A stretch of DNA of 64,000 nt from a virus (taxonomy: Duplodnaviria; Heunggongvirae; Uroviricota; Caudoviricetes): positions 20,803-84,802 of the IMG/VR virus record IMGVR_UViG_2778261164_000001; one strand, given 5' to 3'. This document shows positions 51,775-62,099 of this stretch, piece after piece (positions within the stretch are counted from its first letter, which is position 1; every line of letters begins with the position of its first letter). Both the position numbers and the translations under genes were made by a program. The notes below the pieces were generated by a model. It worked only from the letters and a program-made list of their open reading frames with translations, searched no databases and had not been told where the DNA came from.

Positions 51775-54751
51775 TATTTAGCTCCTTTGCCACACCTAAT
51801 AACAGTTCCAGCAATCCGTCACCATTCATCAGTGATGCGGCAGCGGCCTCTTTGTCATGATACAACTGAAGAGCCATAGAGAATACTTCCGTTGCTGACG
51901 TTTTGGAAATAGTCGGTGATTTCTGCCGAATTTTCCCGGTGTTACTTACTGAGGCTGGCGGGTATACCTTCGCCATATAAATATTACTCAATCGAGATCT
52001 GAAGCACCATTCAGGCTTGCCACGCCCACCGATATTAACGAAAGATGGCTTATCCCCTTCAACATTGGCCTTCAGGAATGACCGGGCTTTCTCTAACAAA
52101 CCAGGGTTACTGTACTCAAGATGATGACCCAGCTCGTGCCACAGTGCACTTGCATTTTCATCGTTCAAATTGACAGCAACAACACCATTAAGATTTGCAT
52201 ATGCCCTTCCCTGGTGGTGAACCACCTTTGATAAGGTCGAAATTTTACCGCCGGTCAGGCGATAAATATCAGCAAGTTCCTTGCGCAGGTCTATCCCACC
52301 ATTCTGTCCAGCGCGGGCTTCTTCCACTTCTTCCGTGATAAAAGAGTCGGCCCACTCAAGAGCTTTTTCTTCAGATACGGATGAGTTTGCGATCGCACTG
52401 TTCATGGCAGATAACACTTTCTCGTGGACCGAACCCATACTTCGCTGATTCATTTGCCAGCGTGTCTGCGGGTTATATGAGAATCGCTTAAGTAGTTGGT
52501 CAAGCTGCTCAAGTTCTTCTTCGCTGACATACTTTTTAGCCTCACCAATAATGCCGGGGAGAATATTGCCGTTAGGATTAAACGCTCGCGAAAGGAAGAG
52601 TTTCAGCGCCCCCATGCCCTCCGATGCTTCAATATCACCAATAACACGGTTAACAATGGCCGCACTCTTCGGATTAGCATCCGCCAACGCTCTGGCTACG
52701 ATTTGCAGTGACGATACGACCTCACGCTGCATATCAGTCCTGATCTCATCAATAAACTCTGGCGTTATGCCGTGCTCTTTAAGGATATCCCTGCCTTCCG
52801 CCGTTACCCCATCGATATCACCGACATGTTTATTAACCTGACTTTGCAATGCCTTAAATGCCTTCAGAATTCCACGGGCATCATCAGCTTTACTAACGGC
52901 CTTCCTGAATGCTGGCAAGAAGTCAGAGTTAACCTCATTTTGTTGATCGGCCCACTGAATGGAGGCTTCTTTCATCTCGTCCAGAGTCAGATCACCCAAC
53001 GCGGTATGGTCTGTGAATATGAGCGACAACCTCTGAACCATTTCTGCCAATGGTGATGCCGTATGCGCCGCGCTAAGGAATGCTTTCACCCTGGTTGGGC
53101 GAATGGAAAACCAGTCAATAGCTGGTGGCATATCTCCGTTTTTTATCGCCTGCGCTATCTCGTCAAAGCCATCGCGCCCAAGGGAGGATGCGTGATTTAA
53201 CAAGCCGCGAAGTAACGAATTGCTGATACCGAATAATCGGCACCATTTTTTCACGTCGGCAACAGGCATTCGAACAAAATGCGCAAGCACTTGAACAAGC
53301 TGTTCATCCTGGGGATCTGTACGGGAAAGCAGCCTGATCAGATGAATAATGTCTTTGGTGCCGGATGCCCGATGCAATAGCAAACTGGTATATGGAGCAA
53401 CGCCGTTGTAACTACCGCCGGAAACGGACTCGAAAAGACCGCCGGATATCCCTTGCATGCCTTCGTTTTCCAGTTCCTGAGACACCTGGCGAAGGATATC
53501 CTGTAACGACACATCACCACCGCCAAACATATCCCCCAGCGCCTGGCCCTGGTGCTGTAACTCATCATTGATACGTTGAGCCATCAATTTAAAGGCGGTG
53601 GCCATACGCTTCGCGCTACGGTTATTCGCGACGATGAACAACGCGAGAGCTTTCACTTCCGGGGCTGTTTCGCTGAACATATCCCCCTGAGCAATAACAT
53701 CGTTAATATGTTGGCCTGACTCCTTCGATTGCCTTACCAGGTCTACCGCATCTTTCAATGCCGCCAGCGCCTTTTTATCGAGGCTATCCGCTGTTTCAAT
53801 ACCATCAACGATAGTTGTCACAGCCTGCTTGTGCGCTTCTCCTGATAAAGCCTGCATCTGGACAAAATCATTGGCTGCCGCATTAAGCGCCGTCAGAACA
53901 TTACGCATATCCGGATCAGGTTCTTCTGCAACCATTCTTACCAGGCGCGCATCCTTATATGCCTTGGCAAAGATCGCGTTTTGTATACGGTCAACAAGTT
54001 GTCGTGTTGGTCGCCCATCTTCCGTTACAAGGCCAGCAGCCTGTGTGGCACCAACTTGCGTCATGAATCCGCGAATAAACGCGTCATTACTGCGGCTAAG
54101 CAGATCTCCGCTTTCTGATGGGTTAAACAGCGCCATCATCGCCGGAGTTATGCTGTCGGCATCAACAAAAGCCTTTTCACTGGCTGCCATTTCCTGGAGA
54201 TCAGAAATATTTGAGTCCTTGGCAAACTGAACACGGTCAACCTTCGTTAACCGGCGGCGCACCAGTACCGGAGCCGTCATTGATTCAACCTTTTCAGGTC
54301 GTATGCCGAATTCGGTCGCATGTTCAATCAGGTACTCACGATACCGATCCGCATTGCCGTCCTGATAGGCTTTGATGATCCCCATGGTCCGTCCATTACC
54401 TGACTCAACGGCATTGTCCTCACCAATTATCGGCGCGCCATGGCTGGATAAACCGGAATCGGTAAGCTGAGCAGGCCGCAAATCCTTGGATATCTGGTTG
54501 ACCTGAAGAAGGCTGGATGCGCGGGTCCGGTCGCGCGGCTGAAGTTCCTGGGGATAGTCCGGATTAATTTTCCCGTCCAGAGTATTGGATACCAAAAGAG
54601 CTGAGGCATCGACGATATCAAACGCTGTTTTTACCTCGTCTCCCTTCGCTGTCACCACATACGAAACCCGCCCGTAATCGGGCAGGTTTTTTAGCAGCTC
54701 GATCAGCGTTTCTATGCTGGTGGCCATCACCACCTGATCGCTTAAGCTCAT
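51764..54751 (-). CDS. ddrB: large Dar-system virion protein
   Basis: 995-aa ORF directly downstream of the ddrA/darA ORFs; positional and size assignment. Confidence 0.65.
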   Translation of the reverse strand: MSLSDQVVMATSIETLIELLKNLPDYGRVSYVVTAKGDEVKTAFDIVDASALLVSNTLDGKINPDYPQELQPRDRTRASSLLQVNQISKDLRPAQLTDSGLSSHGAPIIGEDNAVESGNGRTMGIIKAYQDGNADRYREYLIEHATEFGIRPEKVESMTAPVLVRRRLTKVDRVQFAKDSNISDLQEMAASEKAFVDADSITPAMMALFNPSESGDLLSRSNDAFIRGFMTQVGATQAAGLVTEDGRPTRQLVDRIQNAIFAKAYKDARLVRMVAEEPDPDMRNVLTALNAAANDFVQMQALSGEAHKQAVTTIVDGIETADSLDKKALAALKDAVDLVRQSKESGQHINDVIAQGDMFSETAPEVKALALFIVANNRSAKRMATAFKLMAQRINDELQHQGQALGDMFGGGDVSLQDILRQVSQELENEGMQGISGGLFESVSGGSYNGVAPYTSLLLHRASGTKDIIHLIRLLSRTDPQDEQLVQVLAHFVRMPVADVKKWCRLFGISNSLLRGLLNHASSLGRDGFDEIAQAIKNGDMPPAIDWFSIRPTRVKAFLSAAHTASPLAEMVQRLSLIFTDHTALGDLTLDEMKEASIQWADQQNEVNSDFLPAFRKAVSKADDARGILKAFKALQSQVNKHVGDIDGVTAEGRDILKEHGITPEFIDEIRTDMQREVVSSLQIVARALADANPKSAAIVNRVIGDIEASEGMGALKLFLSRAFNPNGNILPGIIGEAKKYVSEEELEQLDQLLKRFSYNPQTRWQMNQRSMGSVHEKVLSAMNSAIANSSVSEEKALEWADSFITEEVEEARAGQNGGIDLRKELADIYRLTGGKISTLSKVVHHQGRAYANLNGVVAVNLNDENASALWHELGHHLEYSNPGLLEKARSFLKANVEGDKPSFVNIGGRGKPEWCFRSRLSNIYMAKVYPPASVSNTGKIRQKSPTISKTSATEVFSMALQLYHDKEAAAASLMNGDGLLELLLGVAKELNNAD

Positions 54752-54763
54752 CCCTGTTACGCC

Positions 54764-55129
54764 TTATGCTGCCTCTTTAATGTTAGCGGCTATCCATGCC
54801 GCCGTGTGTTGTTTAACCTGGTCCAGATCGATGTATGTGCCAACATATTGACTCAAGTCCTGCAACGTACCGATAAATGCATCGGTGCTCTGATCGACGA
54901 ATTTATCAGCCAGGAAATCAGCAACCAGTTTTGGCACACCATCATGTACCGAAGGTTGTTTTTCCTCGCCACTACCGCCGCCGGACGCGCCGTACCCCAT
55001 CTGTTGCATGATCTGGTCAATTTCATCGCTGATATCCAGCAACTCCATGCCACTCGCGGTAGCCGCTTTGGACATCAGAGCATCCAACTTATCGCTGAGA
55101 TCCATTAACTCAATAGCTGATAGTGTCAT
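54764..55129 (-). CDS. ddrA: small Dar-system protein
   Basis: 121-aa ORF overlapping the darA stop. Confidence 0.55.
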   Translation of the reverse strand: MTLSAIELMDLSDKLDALMSKAATASGMELLDISDEIDQIMQQMGYGASGGGSGEEKQPSVHDGVPKLVADFLADKFVDQSTDAFIGTLQDLSQYVGTYIDLDQVKQHTAAWIAANIKEAA

Positions 55130-57045
55130 GCCGCTACCCCCGCTTTCTGGATTGCTACCAGCAGATCAGCCAGGTGGCGAGCAGCGCCATTAACCAGCTC
55201 TTCGTTTTCCTCAAAACGCCCGGCAGCCTGAAGGGCTGCAATCGCTTCCCGGACATTGCCCCGGGCGTTACGGATCTCCGCCATGTCAGTGCTTTGCATA
55301 TCCATCACGTTATTGAGATATTCAATGGCTTTATTAGCCTCTGCATCTGCTTCGCTAACCGTTTCATCAGGCTGTGCCGGGGCCGGTTCTGGCTGAGTAA
55401 TCTCACCGACTTCGGCCTGCAATGCATTGATCATGCTCTGCACCATTTTCTCGGTGCCAGCGCCACCCGGAAACGCAATATTGGGGAAAGTTTTTTGAAA
55501 CTGAGTTTTCAGCATTACGCGGAACTCGTCTGGTGAGCTGGTGGCCAGATCCAGAGCTTTTTGTGCATATTTGCCAAACGGACCATTAGTAAGTGTCTTC
55601 GCCAGGAAGTCGAAAGAATCCTCGCGAGGCAATAACTTCAGGTCGTACTCACTCATTTGCTGATCAGAAAGCGGGGTATCGTAAGTAGCAATGCCGTAGC
55701 GTGCATATTCATAATACGGGTCACCTTCATCAGGGCGCGGCAGAATTGCTTTGTTGCCTTCAGGTATTGCGCCAGGGGCCGCCGGACGCATTTGCAAGGC
55801 ATATCGATATGCACCTACAGAGACTTCTGGTTCAGGCGAAGAGCTACCGGTATCCTCCGCTGGTTCAGGTTCGACGTTTTCCGGTTTATGTTCTTCTGGT
55901 TGGACCAGATATTCCGATACATTACCCGCTTTATAGGCTTTAAACAGCTTGCCGATCGCATCTGCCATGTCCACACCCTGTATGGATTTAGCCTTGATCA
56001 TGTACACGCTGCCATCCGAATCGGTTAACTGGATATACCCTTCGCCGTCCTCAATGAATTGCTTCATTGATGCTCCATTACTGAGCGTCACTTCCCCGTT
56101 CATATGCATACGATTTTTGATACTGGCAAGGCGATCCGTCAGCGCGCGCGAGTGCCCACCAGTCATCCCCGCTGGATCAATGGTATCGCGCCCACCTGTG
56201 CGATTGAGCTGATCAATCTCCGTCTGCAAACGCTCATTCTCTTCATAAAGAGAATCCGCTTCCGATGCAACAGCGTTAATTTTCTGCTCCAGATCTACCT
56301 TCTGCCCTTCTACCGCTGCCACCTGATCCGCGAGGTCGCTCATGGCATCCTCTTTCTGGTCACTGTCAGCCTGTAGTTGGGTTATTTCATCAACCAGGGC
56401 TTTTTTCTTCTTCTGCGCACGCTGGAATTTTGCCGAGTTTTTCTCTGCAAGGTTGGCAAGTTTCATGGTGACCTGCGCCAGCGTCATATCACGTCCACTC
56501 ATCGGAGCAACGGTGTGAGTAACGTCTTTTTTATTCAGTAAGAACTGGAAAGCAACCAGCGTATCGCTATTGGTGATCCGGTTTTCCGCTGTCGGGCTAT
56601 GAAACAGAATGCTGATAGTCTGACCATCACTGAGCGGAATAATGGCTGGCAGGACCGGCAGCCCGTTAACGTTACGTGCCCGGCCAATTTCAGCACCGCC
56701 GATCGCGCGCGCACCGCTCTGGGCCACCTCCCCCGTTTTATCACTCCCCGCAGAGATTCCGGTACCATTCAGCTTCTGGTTCAATGCCCGGACAAATGCC
56801 TGCATGGTCCGGTGTAACTGCAAACGAGTAGAACTAATCGCCTCCAGTAAATCCGTAGCACACCAGTGGATCGGCGTGTCATAGAAGAACGTAGCCTCGA
56901 TTTCCTCCAGGGTGTTGGATTCCGTCATCAGATAGCGGTCCTCACCGGCCATTAATGCGCGATATTCATCATCAGTCACTGGCGGGGGAAGCACGTCAAG
57001 CCCAGGCTTGATCGTCACCCCTTTATTGATATTTAACTGTTCCAT
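55126..57045 (-). CDS. darA: DarA internal head protein (defence against restriction)
   Basis: 639 aa; shares a region with the upstream hdf product (EKNSAKFQRAQKKKK vs RKNSAKFQKSLIAKAKR); coiled-coil middle. Confidence 0.7.
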   Translation of the reverse strand: MEQLNINKGVTIKPGLDVLPPPVTDDEYRALMAGEDRYLMTESNTLEEIEATFFYDTPIHWCATDLLEAISSTRLQLHRTMQAFVRALNQKLNGTGISAGSDKTGEVAQSGARAIGGAEIGRARNVNGLPVLPAIIPLSDGQTISILFHSPTAENRITNSDTLVAFQFLLNKKDVTHTVAPMSGRDMTLAQVTMKLANLAEKNSAKFQRAQKKKKALVDEITQLQADSDQKEDAMSDLADQVAAVEGQKVDLEQKINAVASEADSLYEENERLQTEIDQLNRTGGRDTIDPAGMTGGHSRALTDRLASIKNRMHMNGEVTLSNGASMKQFIEDGEGYIQLTDSDGSVYMIKAKSIQGVDMADAIGKLFKAYKAGNVSEYLVQPEEHKPENVEPEPAEDTGSSSPEPEVSVGAYRYALQMRPAAPGAIPEGNKAILPRPDEGDPYYEYARYGIATYDTPLSDQQMSEYDLKLLPREDSFDFLAKTLTNGPFGKYAQKALDLATSSPDEFRVMLKTQFQKTFPNIAFPGGAGTEKMVQSMINALQAEVGEITQPEPAPAQPDETVSEADAEANKAIEYLNNVMDMQSTDMAEIRNARGNVREAIAALQAAGRFEENEELVNGAARHLADLLVAIQKAGVAA

Positions 57046-57046
57046 G

Positions 57047-57658
57047 TTAATTTCCTGCTTTCAGTTGCTTAAGACGACGTTTGAGTTCGCCATTCCGTGC
57101 CTTTTCGTTATTGAGTCGGCCCGTCTCCTTATCCAGCTTCGCCCGCAAATCAGTGATCTGCTGTTGGTTGAAAGACACCGAATTCTGCGCGGACTTATAA
57201 GCGGCAACCACCTGAGCATTCCGCTGTTTTGCTTCTTGCAGGCGCTGAAAGTTGGATTTAACTGCCGGTTTCTTGTCTACCGGATTGGCAACACGCTTCG
57301 CTTTGGCGATCAGTGATTTCTGGAATTTTGCGGAGTTTTTGCGGGCCGCCTGTCCCATGACGGTACCAAGCGTCTTGATATCCGGCGACTGAGCGTTAGG
57401 AATAGCTTTTCCATTCAGCTTCACAGACGATATATCGCCAGTATCGTTTACCTGTATGGCAAGAATTTGTCCGTCGTTAAGAACCAGCTTTGCGGTTTTA
57501 ACTTTAACGCCATCTTTCGTTGTTGCGCGGTTGCTGGAGTCAACCTCAATTACCGTAACACCGGTTTTATTGATCGCCGCGATAAGGGATTTCAGCCCCT
57601 TTTCATTAACCTGGTCAAAATCGACCGTTGCATACTTATTTTTCGTCATCTGACACAT
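57047..57658 (-). CDS. hdf: Hdf, homolog of a DarA fragment
   Basis: 203 aa with local similarity to the DarA N-terminal half (DGQILAIQVND vs DGQTISILFHS; KNSAKFQ box). Confidence 0.7.
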   Translation of the reverse strand: MCQMTKNKYATVDFDQVNEKGLKSLIAAINKTGVTVIEVDSSNRATTKDGVKVKTAKLVLNDGQILAIQVNDTGDISSVKLNGKAIPNAQSPDIKTLGTVMGQAARKNSAKFQKSLIAKAKRVANPVDKKPAVKSNFQRLQEAKQRNAQVVAAYKSAQNSVSFNQQQITDLRAKLDKETGRLNNEKARNGELKRRLKQLKAGN

Positions 57659-58079
57659 CCTGTGCGAGATTTATTACGTAACTTCTGCGGATTTGCTGAG
57701 TAACAGGGAAAATCCGATACAACGGGTTAATGAACGAGTCGCCATGCGTAACCATGACGTTGAAATGCCACAGTCGCTCTCCTTTACCCATATATTCAGT
57801 GGGTATGTACAACCATTCACTGTTTTCGCCCTGTTCAGCCGACGTCAGACAACGTTGTTCACCTTCAATCACTGTCGTCGGCTTCTGAACATCGCGGATC
57901 CAATATCTGACCGTTGCGCCGCGCAAAAACGGGAATTTAGACCGGTACTTGAACGGCACCCGGATGAAACCCGGTTTAATTTCCACATCACCAAGTTCTA
58001 AATGCGTGATGTCCTTGCGTTTTAGCAAATAGCGATCGGCTAAGGCTAACGCAAGAACGCATACACCCCAGCCAATCAT
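57636..58079 (-). CDS. lydB: antiholin-like lysis regulator
   Basis: 147-aa ORF coupled downstream of the holin gene. Confidence 0.55.
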   Translation of the reverse strand: MIGWGVCVLALALADRYLLKRKDITHLELGDVEIKPGFIRVPFKYRSKFPFLRGATVRYWIRDVQKPTTVIEGEQRCLTSAEQGENSEWLYIPTEYMGKGERLWHFNVMVTHGDSFINPLYRIFPVTQQIRRSYVINLAQDVSDDEK

Positions 58080-58405
58080 TTCCCGCCTCCCTTTTTCACC
58101 AAACTTGTAAGAACATTCAGAATGCTATCGATATTCACTCGTTTCATCCCTGAAATCACCTCATGACCGTTATTGCTGGCTATCGTTACCATTAAGTACG
58201 TAATTGATAACTCCCAGCCCTCGTGTTGCCCCAATAGGTACGCCACCGCGCCAGCTGTCACTGCAACAAAGATCTCCGTAACCAATCCCAACAAATTGCC
58301 AGACTGGCGACCGTCTCGGACATCCATCAGGAACGTGCCTATCCCACCAATTACTGAAAGCAGGAGCGCAATAGCAACTGGAGCTAATTCCTGTGTGTCA
58401 AGCAC
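58076..58405 (-). CDS. lydA: holin
   Basis: 109 aa with 2-3 predicted TM helices and a charged C-terminus (KKGGGK). Confidence 0.65.
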   Translation of the reverse strand: MLDTQELAPVAIALLLSVIGGIGTFLMDVRDGRQSGNLLGLVTEIFVAVTAGAVAYLLGQHEGWELSITYLMVTIASNNGHEVISGMKRVNIDSILNVLTSLVKKGGGK

Positions 58406-58472
58406 AAGTTCCCTCCTACGTTGTCAGGAGGTAATGGTATGCAAAGTAACTTCTCAACCGGTCATTTGTTGC

Positions 58473-58823
58473 TTAAGAGGCATTTCTATTGAGGTACGAA
58501 TCGATAATCCTTTGTAACTTTTCAAGAATGAGCCTGTTATTGATGCTGCAAATAATAGTCACGCAATTCTGAAGACTTTCATCCATGCCCTTATATTCCG
58601 CGAAATACATGCCAATAAAGCCTGCAAGTACGGCAGCAATACACTCGGCCATCAATTGCCTGCATGACGCTTCGTAACGTTTTTCACGAACCCCATTCAG
58701 AAACGAATGCACCCCGCCAAGGATGGTTATAAAAAATATGGTTAAATCAAACATTAAAGTAACCCCGCTTTTCAATAAAACATCATTGGGGCACGGTATG
58801 CACTTTGTGATTTCCACACACAC
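58473..58823 (-). CDS. holin-like small membrane protein
   Basis: TM segments (FDLTIFFITILGG, IAAVLAGFIGMYF); first gene of the leftward operon; start uncertain. Confidence 0.45.
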   Translation of the reverse strand: MCVEITKCIPCPNDVLLKSGVTLMFDLTIFFITILGGVHSFLNGVREKRYEASCRQLMAECIAAVLAGFIGMYFAEYKGMDESLQNCVTIICSINNRLILEKLQRIIDSYLNRNAS

Positions 58824-58881
58824 TGGTTTCTGTTAATTAAAATCCGCAGCTTGCTATGAATAACTATGGTGAGCAGAAAAT

Positions 58882-59442
58882 ATGCTAATTGGCTATGTAC
58901 GCGTATCAACAAATGAACAAAACACTGCTTTACAACGAAACGCTCTTGAAAGCGCAGGATGTGAGCTAATTTTTGAGGACAAGGCGAGCGGCAAAAAGGC
59001 TGAGCGCCCTGGGTTAAAAAAGGTACTCCGTATGCTTTCCAGAGGTGATACCCTGGTCGTATGGAAGTTAGACCGTCTTGGGCGCAGCATGCGTCACTTA
59101 GTTGTGCTGGTGGAAGAGCTGCGTGACAGAGGCATTAACTTCCGGAGTCTCACTGACTCCATCGACACCAGTACACCAATGGGGCGCTTTTTCTTTCACG
59201 TAATGGGGGCGCTGGCAGAAATGGAACGTGAACTTATTGTTGAACGTACACGAGCTGGACTTGATGCAGCTCGCGCAGAAGGTCGAATAGGTGGGCGTCG
59301 GCCTAAATACCAGGAAGAAACATGGCAGCAAATGCGGCGATTGCTGGAGAAGGGCATCCCCCGTAAGCAGGTTGCAATCATCTATGATGTGGCTGTTTCC
59401 ACTCTTTATAAGAAGTTTCCGGCGTCATCATTTCAATCCTAA
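58882..59442 (+). CDS. cin: Cin DNA invertase (serine recombinase)
   Basis: 186 aa; MLIGYVRVSTNEQ... resolvase/invertase catalytic domain with C-terminal HTH. Confidence 0.95.
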   Translation: MLIGYVRVSTNEQNTALQRNALESAGCELIFEDKASGKKAERPGLKKVLRMLSRGDTLVVWKLDRLGRSMRHLVVLVEELRDRGINFRSLTDSIDTSTPMGRFFFHVMGALAEMERELIVERTRAGLDAARAEGRIGGRRPKYQEETWQQMRRLLEKGIPRKQVAIIYDVAVSTLYKKFPASSFQS

Positions 59443-59624
59443 ACCTTGGTTTAAGAGAACTCGGTACCAGCGGTGAAAAGATCCCCCTGTTGAGCACGGC
59501 TAACACATGGAGTGCGCGCCAGACTTTCAACGGCGGGATCACCGGGGCGCTGACAGGGAACGCCGACACCGCGACGAAATTAAAAACAGCCATAAACATT
59601 AATGGCGTCAGGTTCGATGGTTCT
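59443..59624. repeat. left inverted repeat of the invertible C segment (contains a cix crossover site)
   Basis: Matches the reverse complement of 63819-64000 over the compared stretches; encodes the shared fibre segment ...[44 protein letters not shown]. Confidence 0.8.
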
Positions 59625-61004
59625 GGTGACATTAATATCAATACTCTGGTATCGCGCGGTCGCGTAACGGCCTTGGAGGCGAATGCACAGGGAACATCTG
59701 GGATTCAGCTGTATGAGGCATACAACAATGGCTACCCTTCCCCCTATGGCAATGTGCTTCACCTTAAAGGTGCCACCGCTGCTGGCGAAGGTGAGTTATT
59801 CATTGGCTGGAGTGGCACGAGCGGTGCCCATGCGCCCGTACATATCCGTTCGCGGCGGGATACTGATTCTGCCAACTGGTCTGAATGGGCGCAGGTCTAT
59901 ACGTCAAAAGATTCAATTCCCGGCGTCAATGCCAAAGGGGATCAGGATACCTCCGGCAATGCTGCTACGGCGACCAGATTGCAGACGGCGCGCACTATTA
60001 ACGGTGTTTCGTTTGATGGTTCTAAAAATATTGAGCTAACGGCTGAAAATTTAAATCTTGAGCAAACCGTAGAACTAGCCGCTGGATCATTGCAGAAAAA
60101 CCAGAATGGCGCGGATATTCCTGGAAAAGATACCTTCACTAAAAATATTGGTGCATGTCGCGCTTTTCACAGTTCTATTAGTACAGGTGCAGGGAACTGG
60201 ACAACGGCACAATTGATTGAATGGCTGGATTCTCAAGGGGCATTCAATCACCCATACTGGATGTGCAAATGTTCATGGTCGTACGGCAATAATAAAATTA
60301 TAACCGATACTGGCTGTGGAACTATTCATCTTGCAGGTTGCGTTATTGAGGTTATGGGTAATAAAGGTGCCATGACCATCCGTGTAACAACACCAAGCAC
60401 TTCCACCGGAGGTGGCACCACTAATGCGCAATTTACTTATATAAACCATGGTGCAGATTACGCCCCAGGCTGGCGGCGCGACTACAGCACAAAAAACCAG
60501 CAACCTGCATTTGCTTTAGGGCAGACAGGAAGCACAGTTGGAAATGACAAAGCTGTTGGATGGAACTCGATTAGCGGGGTTTATAACGCTAATATTGGTG
60601 GAGCATCTACGTTGATTCTCCATTTTTATATGGGAGCTGGTAGTTGTCCGGCTGTTCAGTTCCGCGTGAATTATAAGAACGGCGGTATTTATTATCGTTC
60701 TGCGCGTGACGGTTATGGTTTTGAAGCCGACTGGTCGGAATTTTATACTACAACACGTAAACCATCTGCGGGAGATGTTGGGGCATATACCAAAGCAGAA
60801 TGTAATTCACGATTTATTACAGGTATTCGATTAGGTACAAAATCGTCTGTGCAAACATGGAATGGTCCTGGATGGAACGATAAATCTGGTTATGTTGTTA
60901 CTGCCTCAATTAACTCAAATAAGGACGAACTTATTGATACAACTCAGGCAAGGCCGGTGCAGTATTGTATCAATGGTACATGGTATAACGCGGGAAGTAT
61001 TTAA
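59490..61004 (+). CDS. alternative tail-fibre variable segment Sv' (currently unexpressed orientation)
   Basis: Shares the first 45 codons with the minus-strand S segment, then diverges; TTG at 59490 is only an ORF-finder start. Confidence 0.8.
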   Translation: MSTANTWSARQTFNGGITGALTGNADTATKLKTAININGVRFDGSGDININTLVSRGRVTALEANAQGTSGIQLYEAYNNGYPSPYGNVLHLKGATAAGEGELFIGWSGTSGAHAPVHIRSRRDTDSANWSEWAQVYTSKDSIPGVNAKGDQDTSGNAATATRLQTARTINGVSFDGSKNIELTAENLNLEQTVELAAGSLQKNQNGADIPGKDTFTKNIGACRAFHSSISTGAGNWTTAQLIEWLDSQGAFNHPYWMCKCSWSYGNNKIITDTGCGTIHLAGCVIEVMGNKGAMTIRVTTPSTSTGGGTTNAQFTYINHGADYAPGWRRDYSTKNQQPAFALGQTGSTVGNDKAVGWNSISGVYNANIGGASTLILHFYMGAGSCPAVQFRVNYKNGGIYYRSARDGYGFEADWSEFYTTTRKPSAGDVGAYTKAECNSRFITGIRLGTKSSVQTWNGPGWNDKSGYVVTASINSNKDELIDTTQARPVQYCINGTWYNAGSI

Positions 61005-61006
61005 TT

Positions 61007-61540
61007 ATGCAGCATTTAAAAAACATCAGATCAGGTAATCCAAAAACTGTTGAACAATATGAATTGACGCGACAATTTGGTGTTGTCTGGTTGTATTCTG
61101 AAGACGGTAAAAACTGGTATGAGGAACAAAAGAACTTCCAGGATGACACTATAAAAATTGCTTACACATCAGATGGAGTTATTGTGGCTATAAATAAAGA
61201 CGTATCTACAATAAATCCAGAAGGTTTAAGTGTGGTTGAGGTTGCTGACATTACTGCAAATCGCCGTGCTGACATTTCTGGTAAATGGATGTTCAAAGAT
61301 GGCGTAGTGATAAAGCGAACTTATACCGAGGAAGAACAGAGGCAACAAGCTGAAAATGAAAAGCAAAGCCTATTGCAACTTGTCAGGGATAAAACCCAAC
61401 TGTGGGACTCACAGCTACGGCTGGGCATCATTTCCGATGAGAATAAACAGAAATTAACCGCGTGGATGCTATATGCGCAGAAAGTAGAATCTACAGATAC
61501 CTCCATCCTGCCAGTAACGTTTCCCGAACAACCAGAATGA
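61007..61540 (+). CDS. tail-fibre assembly protein U' (alternative)
   Basis: 177 aa, paralogous to minus-strand U (GNPKTVEQY...[18 protein letters not shown]...). Confidence 0.8.
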   Translation: MQHLKNIRSGNPKTVEQYELTRQFGVVWLYSEDGKNWYEEQKNFQDDTIKIAYTSDGVIVAINKDVSTINPEGLSVVEVADITANRRADISGKWMFKDGVVIKRTYTEEEQRQQAENEKQSLLQLVRDKTQLWDSQLRLGIISDENKQKLTAWMLYAQKVESTDTSILPVTFPEQPE

Positions 61541-61567
61541 GAAAAGGCCCGTTATCGGGCCTTATTT

Positions 61568-62095
61568 TTACTCAGGTTTTTGTGGCCATTCTGGCTTTGC
61601 TGTATCCACGCGGCTTACAAGAACGCTGTAGCGTTCCCATGCTTCCAGTCGGCTGTGGTCCTCATCCGTTGCCATATTCAGCCTTACTGCACGCTCTAGT
61701 AGTTGAATGACTGATTCAGCATCAGCAAGAAGTCTGGCTTTCTGATTTTCTACCTGCTGCTGTAATTCCTCTGCCGTATAAATACGTTTAATAACTGCGC
61801 CATCCTTAAACATCCAGTTACCAGAAATGTCGGCACGTCGGTTAGCAGTAATATCCGGCACTTCAACAACACTTAATCCATCCGGTCTGATAGCTGTTAC
61901 ATCCTTTTCCACATAGCGGATGATGTTATCTTTGTCATACGCTAATTTTATCGTGTCATCCTGGAAGTTCTTTTGTTCCTCATACCAGTTTTTACCGTCT
62001 TCTGTAAAAAACCAGATGACATCAAAATGTTTCGTCAGCTGGTATTGCTCAACTGTTTTTGGATTACCCGCTGTTATATTGATCAAATGCTGCAT
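61568..62095 (-). CDS. U: tail-fibre assembly protein U
   Basis: ATG at 62095 gives [19 protein letters not shown]..., 175 aa, homologous to U'. Confidence 0.8.
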   Translation of the reverse strand: MQHLINITAGNPKTVEQYQLTKHFDVIWFFTEDGKNWYEEQKNFQDDTIKLAYDKDNIIRYVEKDVTAIRPDGLSVVEVPDITANRRADISGNWMFKDGAVIKRIYTAEELQQQVENQKARLLADAESVIQLLERAVRLNMATDEDHSRLEAWERYSVLVSRVDTAKPEWPQKPE

Positions 62096-62099
62096 AAAT

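Noticed and set aside
51764-57045. Many alternative-frame ORFs within ddrB and darA
   Set aside because: Explained by the long minus-strand reading frames; none has independent start signals.
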